Source: Candidatus Parendomicrobium reticulitermitis
Lineage (GTDB): Bacteria; Elusimicrobiota; Endomicrobiia; Endomicrobiales; Endomicrobiaceae
Length of the DNA: 64,000 bases
Direction of reading: 5' to 3'
Assembly: GCA_031287095.1 (NCBI GenBank)
Contig: JAITTG010000087.1
Coordinates: forward strand, 26,023-90,022
This document shows positions 55,596 to 64,000 of the stretch, one piece after another. Positions within the stretch are counted from its first letter, which is position 1. Every line of letters begins with the position of its first letter. A program made the position numbers and the translations under genes. The notes beneath the pieces were generated by a model. That model worked only from the letters and a program-made list of their open reading frames with translations, had not been told where the DNA came from and ran no database searches.

Positions 55596-58055
55596 GTGAA
55601 AAAAGAAATATCTCAATTTTTAAATCTTGTCAGCAGACCTTCAAGATATATCAACAATGAATTAAATTCGCATCCTGCCGATATGGAAGCAAACTTTTCT
55701 ATTTGTTTGTGTTTTCCCGATGTTTATGAAGTCGGCGCGTCAAATCTCGGCGTTGAAATCCTCTATCATTTAATCAATGAAAAAAAACTTGCAAGGTGCG
55801 AAAGATGTTTTGCTCCCGATACCGACATGGAAGAGATTTTAAGAGAGCGCAATCTTGATTTGTTTTCTTTAGAATCAAATAGCGGTTTAAAAACCTTTGA
55901 TATAGTGGGGTTTTCAATTCAATGCGAACTGACCGCGACTAATATAGTCAATATGCTGGATTTATCTAAAATCACTTGTTTTGCAAAAGTTCGAAAAGAA
56001 AAAGAGCCTTTAATAATCGGCGGCGGACCGGCTCTAACAAATCCAGAACCTTTCTGCGATTTCTTTGACCTTTTTGTTTTGGGAGACGGCGAAGAGGCTA
56101 TAGAAGACATTATAAATCTATGCAAAGAGTTCAAAGGAAAAATTTCCAGAAAAGAATTGTTAAGAAAACTTTCAGATATAGAAGGCGTTTATGTCCCGTC
56201 TCTATATGATGTTTTATACAATGACGATAATACAATCAAATCAGTCCGTCCCATAGACGAAAGCGTAAAATCAGTAATCAATAAAAGGGTTTTAGACCTT
56301 TCAAAATCTTATTTTCCAAGCAAAAAAATCGTCCCTTTTGCAGAGACAGTCCACAATAGATTAAATATAGAGGTGGCAAGAGGCTGTCCCGGACTTTGCC
56401 GTTTTTGCCAAGCGTCAAAATATTACCGTCCATGGAGGCAAAGACCTATTGAAACTTTGCTCCAACTTGTCAAAAGCGGCATAGAGGCGACGGGATATGA
56501 AGAAATCGCTTTCTCGTCTTTATCTTGCAGCGATTATCAAAATTTAGACAAATTGCTTATAGAAACAAATAAACTCTACGGCGATTCAAAACTCAATATC
56601 TCTTTGCCGTCTTTAAGATGTAATGAGCGTTCAATCCATATAGCCCAATATATCAATAGAAGCAAAAGACCGACTCTTACTTTTGCTCCCGAGGCGGGAA
56701 CAGACAGATTGAGAAATGTTATAGGCAAATATATAAGCGAAAAACAGATAGTCAATACTTTGCTGTCTGCAAATAAAATGGGATGGGAGACGGTAAAACT
56801 TTATTTTATGATAAGTCTTCCGACAGAAACTCAAGAGGATATAGAGGCTATAGATAAATTGCTGCGATTAGTAAAGGAAAACGCGAAATCTTTAAATTTT
56901 ACAATCACAGTTTCGCCTTTCGTGCCGAAATCTCAGACGGCATTTCAATGGCATTCTATGCTTGACAGCGAGAAAATCAAAGAGAAAATAGATTGGCTAA
57001 AATCTAATGTGAATGCAGATATCAAGGCTCATAATCACGCGGCGAGCGTTTTTGAGGCTTTTATAGCCAAAGGCGACAGAAGAATTTCCGCAACTATTTA
57101 TAAAGCATGGCAAAAAGGCGCGAAATTTGACCAATGGGCTGACAAATTCAACGCAGACATTTGGAATGAAGCGCTAAAAGAAAGCGGTATAGACTTAAAT
57201 TTTTATGTGTATAGAGAAAGAAAAGCCGATGAAATTTTCGCTTGGGATCATCTAAATTTCGGCGCAAGCAAAAAAGATTTATACGAACAGTTTATAAAAG
57301 GAATAAATGAGAAAGCGGACGCAGATACAAGCGCATTTTCTCAAAAAGAAAGCGCCTTGCCGTCCTTGCCTCAAGATTACACGGAGCCAAAACTTGAATA
57401 TATAGAGCCGCAAATGCGTATAAGAATGCGTTTTTCCAAAAAAGGTTCGGCTCGTTTTATATCCCATTTAGAGCATATAGAAGTTTTAAGAAGGGCGGTC
57501 AGAAGGGCGGGTTTGCCATTAGCATTTTCAGGCGGTTTTAGTCCGCAAGTCAAAGCGTCATATACTCAGCCGGTATCCACAGGACAAGAGAGTTTAAGCG
57601 AATATATGGAATTGTTTTTACTTAAAAAAGTTGAAATCAATACTATACGAGAAACAGTATCAAAAGCCTTACCCAATGGTTATGAACTTTTAGCCGTCAA
57701 AAGAGTTCCTCTATTATTTCCGTCATTGGACTCATTGATTAGCGCTATGGAATTTAGAATCCTTAACACAGGTTTGACTAAAGTTGAACTCAGAACTTTC
57801 CTTGCGCAAGACAAAATCATATATCTCAAAGAAAAGAAAGGACAAATAAAAGAGATAGACTTAAAAGCATTTATAAAATCCATGAGATTTGAAACAAACG
57901 CTCTAATTTTGTTGCTTAAATTTGACCGCGGCGTCTTTGTAAAGCCTGAGATGGTTTTAGGCGCTATATTCAAAAATTCAAAATGGCGCGATCTAATCAT
58001 AGAAAGAAGCAATATATACATAGAAACCACAGACGGCGCGCTGCACACGCCGTAA
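55596..58055 (+). CDS. radical SAM protein with B12-binding-like N-domain fused to a DUF2344-like C-terminal domain
   Basis: GTG start. 819 aa. SRPSRYINNELNS N-terminus and CPGLCRFCQ cluster. C-terminal RIRMRFSKKGSARFISHLE region resembles DUF2344. Confidence 0.7.
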   Translation: MKKEISQFLNLVSRPSRYINNELNSHPADMEANFSICLCFPDVYEVGASNLGVEILYHLINEKKLARCERCFAPDTDMEEILRERNLDLFSLESNSGLKTFDIVGFSIQCELTATNIVNMLDLSKITCFAKVRKEKEPLIIGGGPALTNPEPFCDFFDLFVLGDGEEAIEDIINLCKEFKGKISRKELLRKLSDIEGVYVPSLYDVLYNDDNTIKSVRPIDESVKSVINKRVLDLSKSYFPSKKIVPFAETVHNRLNIEVARGCPGLCRFCQASKYYRPWRQRPIETLLQLVKSGIEATGYEEIAFSSLSCSDYQNLDKLLIETNKLYGDSKLNISLPSLRCNERSIHIAQYINRSKRPTLTFAPEAGTDRLRNVIGKYISEKQIVNTLLSANKMGWETVKLYFMISLPTETQEDIEAIDKLLRLVKENAKSLNFTITVSPFVPKSQTAFQWHSMLDSEKIKEKIDWLKSNVNADIKAHNHAASVFEAFIAKGDRRISATIYKAWQKGAKFDQWADKFNADIWNEALKESGIDLNFYVYRERKADEIFAWDHLNFGASKKDLYEQFIKGINEKADADTSAFSQKESALPSLPQDYTEPKLEYIEPQMRIRMRFSKKGSARFISHLEHIEVLRRAVRRAGLPLAFSGGFSPQVKASYTQPVSTGQESLSEYMELFLLKKVEINTIRETVSKALPNGYELLAVKRVPLLFPSLDSLISAMEFRILNTGLTKVELRTFLAQDKIIYLKEKKGQIKEIDLKAFIKSMRFETNALILLLKFDRGVFVKPEMVLGAIFKNSKWRDLIIERSNIYIETTDGALHTP

Positions 58056-58340
58056 GCAAGCGATAGTTACTCTTTGAATGTTTTTAATCTGTAATTGCGG
58101 ATTTTGGTTCTGTCAATTGCGGGCTTGAACTCGCAATCTCTGCCGTGTTTTTGCCGTATAAATGATATTCGCCTTTTATTTCATCGTCATTTTAGATGAT
58201 TAAGTGCGGTTTCTTTATTTTATAGTTATTTTGTGGTATGCTTATTTAAAATCTGTTGTTTTTATCGTTTTGCGCGCTTTGCGCAGTCTTTGTCGTTAAA
58301 TTTTCTCGCATTCCTTGCGAGAAACTATTAGGAGTTTTTT

Positions 58341-58961
58341 ATGTTAAAAATCAAAACAATAGTTTCAGGTCAAATTCAAGTAAATTGCTATATTGTATAT
58401 GACGCCGATACAAAAGCCGCCGTCATCATAGACCCGGGCGAAGAAGGAGATAAAATCACATCAGAAATAGAAAAAGACGGCTTAAAACCTGAAATGTTAA
58501 TCAATACGCATGGACATTTTGACCATATTCTTTCCGATGACCAAATAAGAAAGCATTTTAATATACCGCTTGCCGCTCATACAGAGTCCGTCCCAATACT
58601 TTTAGACCCTCAAAAAAACGCATCAGTCTTTTTCGGCTTTCCTGTATCAATCAAAAAGCCCGATATTCTTTTAGCAGATAATCAAGTTGTGGAACTTCCT
58701 TGGACAAAATTCAAAGTAATACACACGCCGGGACATACAAAAGATAGTATTTGCTTATTATTTGACGATTTTTTAATCACAGGCGATACGCTTTTTGCGG
58801 GCGATATAGGACGCACAGATTTAGCCGACGGAAGTTATGGACAAATTATCCAATCTTTGCAAAAAATCAAACAACTCTCTCCAAGTCTTACAATTTATCC
58901 CGGACATGAAGAAAGTTCCACCCTTGATTTTGAATTAAAAAATAACAAATATCTGAGATAA
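58341..58961 (+). CDS. MBL-fold metallo-hydrolase (glyoxalase II-like)
   Basis: THGHFDH metal motif; 206 aa. Confidence 0.8.
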   Translation: MLKIKTIVSGQIQVNCYIVYDADTKAAVIIDPGEEGDKITSEIEKDGLKPEMLINTHGHFDHILSDDQIRKHFNIPLAAHTESVPILLDPQKNASVFFGFPVSIKKPDILLADNQVVELPWTKFKVIHTPGHTKDSICLLFDDFLITGDTLFAGDIGRTDLADGSYGQIIQSLQKIKQLSPSLTIYPGHEESSTLDFELKNNKYLR

Positions 58962-58963
58962 AA

Positions 58964-59848
58964 ATGCTCGACATTTCAAAATCATTAGATAATTTCATTT
59001 CCTATATAATAGTAGAAAAAGGCTTGTCAAAAAATACCGCGCTTGCTTACAAATCAGATTTATTAAAATTTATTGATTTTTCAACTAAAAAAGGCGTCCA
59101 AATTGAGAGTCTTTCTCATCAAGACATAACAGACTTTTTGTGGGATATGAAAGTCAAAAAATTTAAGCCGCGCTCGATTTATAGAATGACTGAATCCATC
59201 AGACAATTTTATAAATTCCTGCACATAGAAGATTTTATAGATAATAATCCAACCGAATTTCTCGCCATACCAAAAATTCCCGAAGATTTGCCAAAACTTT
59301 TGACATTAGAAGAAATGAAACTTTTATTAAATTCTGTCAATAAAAGCGATATCAGAAGCGTCAGAAACCGCGCTATGCTTGAACTGCTTTATGCCTGCGG
59401 AATAAGAGTGTCTGAACTCGTCAATTTAAAATTCTCAAATATAAATCTTGACGATAATTTTATACAAGTAATCGGCAAGGGATCAAAAGAGAGGATAGTT
59501 CCTTTTGGAGAGACGGCTAAAAAATATCTAAATTTATATTTAAAAATGAGAAGACCTTATTCAACTGTGAGCGAATTTATATTTATTTCGCGGCTTGGCA
59601 AAAAAATGTCAAGAATTGCATTTTGGCAGCAATTAAAACAAATAGCGCTGCAAGCGGGCATTTATAAGAATATCACTCCTCACACTTTTAGGCATTCTTT
59701 TGCGAGTCATTTTTTATCGGAAGGGGCTGATATAAGATTTGTTCAAGAGATGTTAGGACACAGCTCCATAGCCACAACGCAAATTTACACACACATAAGC
59801 AATAGCGAAATCCGACAAAAACACAAACAATATCACCCGAGAGGGTAA
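58964..59848 (+). CDS. xerD: site-specific tyrosine recombinase XerD-like
   Basis: SAM-like N-domain. Catalytic region RNRAMLELLYACGIRVSEL...HTFRHSFASHFL...LGHSSIATTQIYTH. Confidence 0.85.
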   Translation: MLDISKSLDNFISYIIVEKGLSKNTALAYKSDLLKFIDFSTKKGVQIESLSHQDITDFLWDMKVKKFKPRSIYRMTESIRQFYKFLHIEDFIDNNPTEFLAIPKIPEDLPKLLTLEEMKLLLNSVNKSDIRSVRNRAMLELLYACGIRVSELVNLKFSNINLDDNFIQVIGKGSKERIVPFGETAKKYLNLYLKMRRPYSTVSEFIFISRLGKKMSRIAFWQQLKQIALQAGIYKNITPHTFRHSFASHFLSEGADIRFVQEMLGHSSIATTQIYTHISNSEIRQKHKQYHPRG

Positions 59849-59916
59849 GGAAACGCGAATTAATTTATTGAATGCCTTTAGCCATGCGCAATGACGAGTT
59901 AACTATATTTGATAAT

Positions 59917-60128
59917 AGCCCTCTTGCATAACTGGTATACAAAGAATGTAAGAATATATCTATTGTCATTGCCAAAAATCGCCCACAATGCGTCATTTCC
60001 GAAAGTTGTTATCGGAAATCCAAGTTAAAAACAACGGCAAGTGGATTCCCGACAAAGACGCTCGGGAACGGCGGAGGCGCACAATGACAATGTCCGTTTA
60101 TTTTATATGTCGGTTGCGCAAGAAGTCT
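59917..60128 (+). mobile_element. non-autonomous TIR element (MITE), 212-bp copy with nested hairpin repeats
   Basis: AGCCCTCTTGC...GCAAGAAGTCT termini. AAT at 59914-59916 and at 60129-60131. Confidence 0.7.
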
Positions 60129-60153
60129 AATTAGCGTTTCCATAAGTTTTGCG

Positions 60154-60198
60154 AAAAAAATCCTCTGCAATTTCAATTCGTTTGCAGAGGATTTTTTT
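60154..60198. terminator. bidirectional rho-independent terminator
   Basis: AAAAAAATCCTCTGCAA-loop-TGCAGAGGATTTTTTT. Lies downstream of tRNA-Gln on the minus strand. Confidence 0.8.
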
Positions 60199-60234
60199 AT
60201 ATTTCATATAAAAATTTAAGAAAATGCCGCCAAA

Positions 60235-60306
60235 CTGCCCGACCAGGACTCGAACCTGGACTATCTTGCTCCAGAGGCAAGCGTGTTACCATTACACTAT
60301 CGGGCA
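60235..60306 (-). tRNA. tRNA-Gln (anticodon CUG)
   Basis: Minus-strand sequence TGCCCGATAGTGTAATGGTAACACGCTTGCCTCTGGAGCAAGATAGTCCAGGTTCGAGTCCTGGTCGGGCAG. U1-A72 pair and G73 discriminator as in bacterial tRNA-Gln. Anticodon loop CT-CTG-GA. Confidence 0.85.
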
Positions 60307-60316
60307 ATTATTTCTC

Positions 60317-60649
60317 TCATTTCTCTTCTATTTTCTCTTGATGTTTTGACTCTTCTATATCCTCAGCCTCTTTGGGTTTTTCCGCTTGCGGTTTTGCCGC
60401 TTCGTCGGCGTAATTTATTTGCAGATTTGAGATTGTCGAAGATAATGTCTCTTCTTCTTTTTTTGTTAGATTGCCTTTTGTTTTTTCTTTTAACATCAAC
60501 AGAGTATCTATTGTGAATTTTGCGCCGTCTAAGTCTCTGCTAATTTTACCGTCAACTGGACTTGGAACTTTGCCGAGTTGATACCAACAAGTTGAGGCAA
60601 ACATTGTGATTAAATTAAATAAATTTAGATTAAAATCTTTTTCTTCCAT
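60317..60649 (-). CDS. DUF1844-like small protein
   Basis: Start MEEKDFNLN at 60649; the MRGHKEIQ extension in the track comes from the repeat. LGKVPSPVDGKISRDLDGAKFTIDTLLMLKEKTKGNLT fits the DUF1844 pattern. Confidence 0.6.
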   Translation of the reverse strand: MEEKDFNLNLFNLITMFASTCWYQLGKVPSPVDGKISRDLDGAKFTIDTLLMLKEKTKGNLTKKEEETLSSTISNLQINYADEAAKPQAEKPKEAEDIEESKHQEKIEEK

Positions 60650-60665
60650 TTGTATCTCCTTGTGT

Positions 60666-60907
60666 CCCCGCATAGCCTTGCGGGCAATATCGGGTTATTA
60701 ACGACATTAAACCCTTTCAGGGTTTGGGTGGCGATCGGTCTATCATCCCCGCATAGCCTGCGGCAATACGGGGTTATTAACAACATTGAACCCTTTCAGT
60801 GTTTATGGGTGGTAAATTGGTCTATCATCCCCGCATAGCCTGCGGCAATGCGGGGTTATCAACGACATTAAACCCTTTCAGTGTTTGGTTGTGACGATTG
60901 ATTTTAG
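60666..60907 (-). repeat. three tandem copies of the 82-nt two-hairpin leader element
   Basis: Copies at 60666-60746, 60747-60828 and 60829-60907. Co-oriented with DUF1844. The last copy ends 16 nt before the ATG. Confidence 0.9.
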
Positions 60908-61118
60908 CACTGATGCTATGTGATGCTATGTGTTACGCTGTCAACTGCAGGCTTGACCCATGTCTTGTGCCGTCGTCGTGCGCAATCCCCGCAATGACAA
61001 ACCTAATCTTGCGACAACAAACCTAAACCCGCACAAAATCCAAAGATTGCGATGACAAACCTAATCCCGTAATTGACGGCGTTGCAAGTCTGTAATTGAC
61101 GATAAAAACATATCTTTC

Positions 61119-62600
61119 TTATTTAAAAAATCTGTCTTTCGCTATTTTTATGCGGCGGTTTGTTTCATTTTTGCCGAGCAATTCCATTAAATGAAATAGG
61201 CTTGGTCCTTGCGTCCTGCCGCTCACCGCCACTCTTATGGGATGAAAAACTTGTCCTGTTTTTAAACCTTTTTGCTCGGCTAAATCTCTTGCAAATTGTT
61301 CAAGCGCAGACGCTGAAAAATCGTTTTGATTTTCAAGTTTTTGGGAGCATTCATTTATAACTATTTTTGCGCTGTCTTTGCTTTTGTCTGACAAAAATAC
61401 TTTCTGAACCGCCTCTTCTTTATAATCCACTTCTTTAACAAAGAAAAAATCCACAAGATTTGGAATTTCGCTAAGCGTTTTGATTTTATCGTGTTCTAAT
61501 TCCATCGCTTTCTTTAAGACTTCTTTATCCCAACCGTCTATTATCTTTTCATTATTCGTATATTTGATCCAATCCATAAAAAGAGAATATGCTTCATCTA
61601 TGGATTTTGAACGGATTTTTTCGCCGTTTAGCCACAATAGTTTTGCGGGGTCAAAAGTTGAAGAACTTCCGCCGCAGCCTTCAAGAGAAAACTTCTCTTC
61701 CAACTCTTTCATAGTAAAAATCTGCTGACTATCGCTTGTTGACCAACCCAAAAGAGCGAGATAATTTAGCAAAGCCTCCGCCAAATACCCCTCTTTTTGA
61801 TAATCTAAAACGGAAGTATGCCCGTGTCTTTTAGAAAGTCTTGCGCCGTCTGAACCCATAATCATAGCCGTGTGCGCAAATTTTGGCAAATCCCAACCAA
61901 ATGCTTGATATAAATGCAATTGGCGGGGCGTATTTGAAACATGGTCGTCGCCTCTTATTATATGAGTCATATCCATAAGATGGTCGTCTATGACGCAGGC
62001 AAAATTATAAGTTGGAACGCCGTTTGCTTTTGCTATTACAAAATCGTCAAGCAAAGCATTGTCAAATTCAACTTTGCCCCTTATAATATCGTCCAAAACC
62101 ATTTTGCCGTCTTTGGGCATTCTAAAACGAATTACAGGCTTCCTGCCTTGTTTTTCCAACTCTTGTCTTTGACCAATGGCGAGATTTGAGCAATGACCGT
62201 CATATTTTGGGGGCTTCTTTTGCAATTGAGCGAGTTTTCTCATCTGCTCAACTTCTTCGGGAGCGCAATAGCAAGGATAAGCCAAATTCTTGTCCAATAA
62301 TTCGTCAATATATTTTTGATATATTCCGAGATTTTTTCTTTTCATCTGATAATATGGAGCGTATTTTTCAGGCTCATTGCCGGGACCTTCGCCCCAATCA
62401 AGTTTTAACCATTTTAAAGCGTCAATAATCACTTGCGTGGAAGCATCCGTTGAGCGCGCTTCGTCGGTATCTTCTATTCTCAAAACAAAAGTTCCGCCTT
62501 GATTCTTTGCAAAAAGATAATTAAACAGCGCGGTGCGAACCCCGCCTATATGCAAATCCCCGGTAGGAGACGGCGCAAATCGAACTCTGACATTATTCAT
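61119..62600 (-). CDS. gltX: glutamyl-tRNA synthetase
   Basis: [16 protein letters not shown] (HIGH) and RLSKRHG (KMSKS-like). 493 aa. Confidence 0.95.
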   Translation of the reverse strand: MNNVRVRFAPSPTGDLHIGGVRTALFNYLFAKNQGGTFVLRIEDTDEARSTDASTQVIIDALKWLKLDWGEGPGNEPEKYAPYYQMKRKNLGIYQKYIDELLDKNLAYPCYCAPEEVEQMRKLAQLQKKPPKYDGHCSNLAIGQRQELEKQGRKPVIRFRMPKDGKMVLDDIIRGKVEFDNALLDDFVIAKANGVPTYNFACVIDDHLMDMTHIIRGDDHVSNTPRQLHLYQAFGWDLPKFAHTAMIMGSDGARLSKRHGHTSVLDYQKEGYLAEALLNYLALLGWSTSDSQQIFTMKELEEKFSLEGCGGSSSTFDPAKLLWLNGEKIRSKSIDEAYSLFMDWIKYTNNEKIIDGWDKEVLKKAMELEHDKIKTLSEIPNLVDFFFVKEVDYKEEAVQKVFLSDKSKDSAKIVINECSQKLENQNDFSASALEQFARDLAEQKGLKTGQVFHPIRVAVSGRTQGPSLFHLMELLGKNETNRRIKIAKDRFFK

Positions 62601-62613
62601 AACGGCTCCTTGT

Positions 62614-62745
62614 TCCCCGCGTATAGTCTTGCAGACAATACGGAGTTATTAACGACATTAACCTCTTTCGGAATTTAATTGCAGCGATTGATTTTAGTAT
62701 CCCCGCAGCCTTATTAACAGCCCTAAACTCTTTTAGGATTTAGCG
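62614..62745 (-). repeat. one full and one internally deleted copy of the leader element upstream of gltX
   Basis: Full copy at about 62614-62697 and a degenerate copy at 62699-62745, followed by a REP palindrome at 62748-62775. Confidence 0.75.
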
Positions 62746-62792
62746 TTGCGGGCAGACACATGGGTCTGCCCCTACAAATCAATCAGCGTCTT

Positions 62793-64000
62793 TTATAGTA
62801 AAAATGTGTTGATTTTTGGGAATATTACAGCCAAAAAATATACTAATAGGAAACCTATAAAAAATGGCAATTGCCCTTTTACTATCTGTCCTATGGACAT
62901 TTTTGTAAAACTCGCCGCGGCAAATAAACTTACCGCAACAGGAGGCGTCATTGTGCCTACCACTCCGCCCATTGAGACTATTATTCCAAAATGTATTCCA
63001 GATAATCCCAAACTTTGGGCTACCGGCCATAATATAGGAACTAATAATACGCATATCGCTATGCCGTCCATAAAAGTCCCAAATATCACTACTATAACGG
63101 CTATTATAATAGCAAACAACATCGGCGAAAGAGACATAGATTGTATAGCCTCAACCAAAGAATTGGAAATCCCCGATATTGTAAATACCCAAGAAAAAGC
63201 CGTTGAAGCTCCTATTATAAAAAGAAGCATAGCGCTTGATTTGGCGGAATTTAACATTATAGAAACGACATTTTTTTTATTGAGAGTTTTATAGACAAAA
63301 AGCCCTACAAATAAAGCAAACACTGCCGCTATCGCTCCGGATTCCGTAGGAGTTAAAAGTCCAGAATATATGCCTCCCAAAATAATAATAGGCATAAGCA
63401 AGGCTGGAATTGAGCCGAAGAAACTTTTAAATAAATCCGAAAGTGAAAATTTTTCCGTATTTTTGGGCCACTTTTCCTTATAAGCAAAGAAAATGCAAAG
63501 CCCTATAAGCATAACTGCCACCATAGTTCCCACTCCAATACCCGCTTTAAACATATCTCCAACGGAATTATTTGTGATTGTGCAATAGACTATCATTATT
63601 ATGCTTGGCGGTATTATTGGACCTAAACCGCCCGATACGACAAATAAGCCCGCCGCTCTTTCCTTATTATATCCCAGCGCTATCATTTCGGGATAAAGCA
63701 TAGAGCCTATGGCTATAACAGTAGCTGGAGCAGACCCTGACAATGCCGCAAAAAAAACGCAAGCCAAAACTGCGGCATAAGCAAGACCGCCTCTGACATT
63801 GCCTATTATATGGTTGGCAAAAGTTACAAGTTTCTTCGATATGCCGCCTTCTGTCATAATATTTCCTACCAAAACAAAGAAAGGTATAGCCATAATAGAA
63901 CTCACATCAAGAGAAGTAAAAATCCTTTGAGGCATTGCTGAAAGCGGAATATCTAAAGAAAACATAGTAAGCATTGTGGAAGCGCCAAGCGAAATAGCGA
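62793..64000 (-). CDS. dctM: TRAP transporter large permease (DctM-like); 5' end beyond the right edge
   Basis: The frame stays open upstream of the track's Met at 63974 (…AISLGASTMLTMFSL…). AIPFFVLVGNIMTEGGIS motif. Polytopic. Confidence 0.8.
   Translation of the reverse strand, partial: AISLGASTMLTMFSLDIPLSAMPQRIFTSLDVSSIMAIPFFVLVGNIMTEGGISKKLVTFANHIIGNVRGGLAYAAVLACVFFAALSGSAPATVIAIGSMLYPEMIALGYNKERAAGLFVVSGGLGPIIPPSIIMIVYCTITNNSVGDMFKAGIGVGTMVAVMLIGLCIFFAYKEKWPKNTEKFSLSDLFKSFFGSIPALLMPIIILGGIYSGLLTPTESGAIAAVFALFVGLFVYKTLNKKNVVSIMLNSAKSSAMLLFIIGASTAFSWVFTISGISNSLVEAIQSMSLSPMLFAIIIAVIVVIFGTFMDGIAICVLLVPILWPVAQSLGLSGIHFGIIVSMGGVVGTMTPPVAVSLFAAASFTKMSIGQIVKGQLPFFIGFLLVYFLAVIFPKINTFLL

Overview
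AT-rich bacterial chromosomal segment; the lineage cannot be assigned without a database search. Most of it is housekeeping: nadE, pyk, proS, uvrA, tgt, gltX, xerD, rsmE, mtaB, an rlmI-like gene, tRNA-Ser(GCU), tRNA-Gln(CUG). There is also a nickel-pincer cofactor cluster (larE, cbiM, PDGLE protein, larB, larC) and several transporters. Three accessory patches stand out. (i) A decayed defence islet at about 18.7-21.4 kb with a RelE-like remnant, a 3' dam fragment and an orphan N6-MTase. (ii) A type II R-M pair plus a Bro-N/DinD-like gene at 25.0-28.4 kb. (iii) A roughly 10 kb phage morphogenesis remnant at 32.9-43.0 kb, truncated at both ends, in which the expected capsid slot holds an AT-rich radical-SAM/SPASM gene plus an unknown protein. 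The most unusual property is the density of structured repeats sitting exactly on gene boundaries. An ~82-nt two-hairpin element occurs in 1-4 tandem copies, always co-oriented with and directly upstream of a start codon (pyk, proS, rSAM, DUF1844, gltX). GTAG-headed REP palindromes are scattered through intergenic DNA. A TIR-bounded MITE has AAT flanking repeats at all three full copies. A GTCATTGC hairpin element encodes the last codons and the stop codon of four genes. A related hairpin family sits in frame inside larC next to a G9 tract. No rRNA genes, CRISPR arrays or cas genes were seen.
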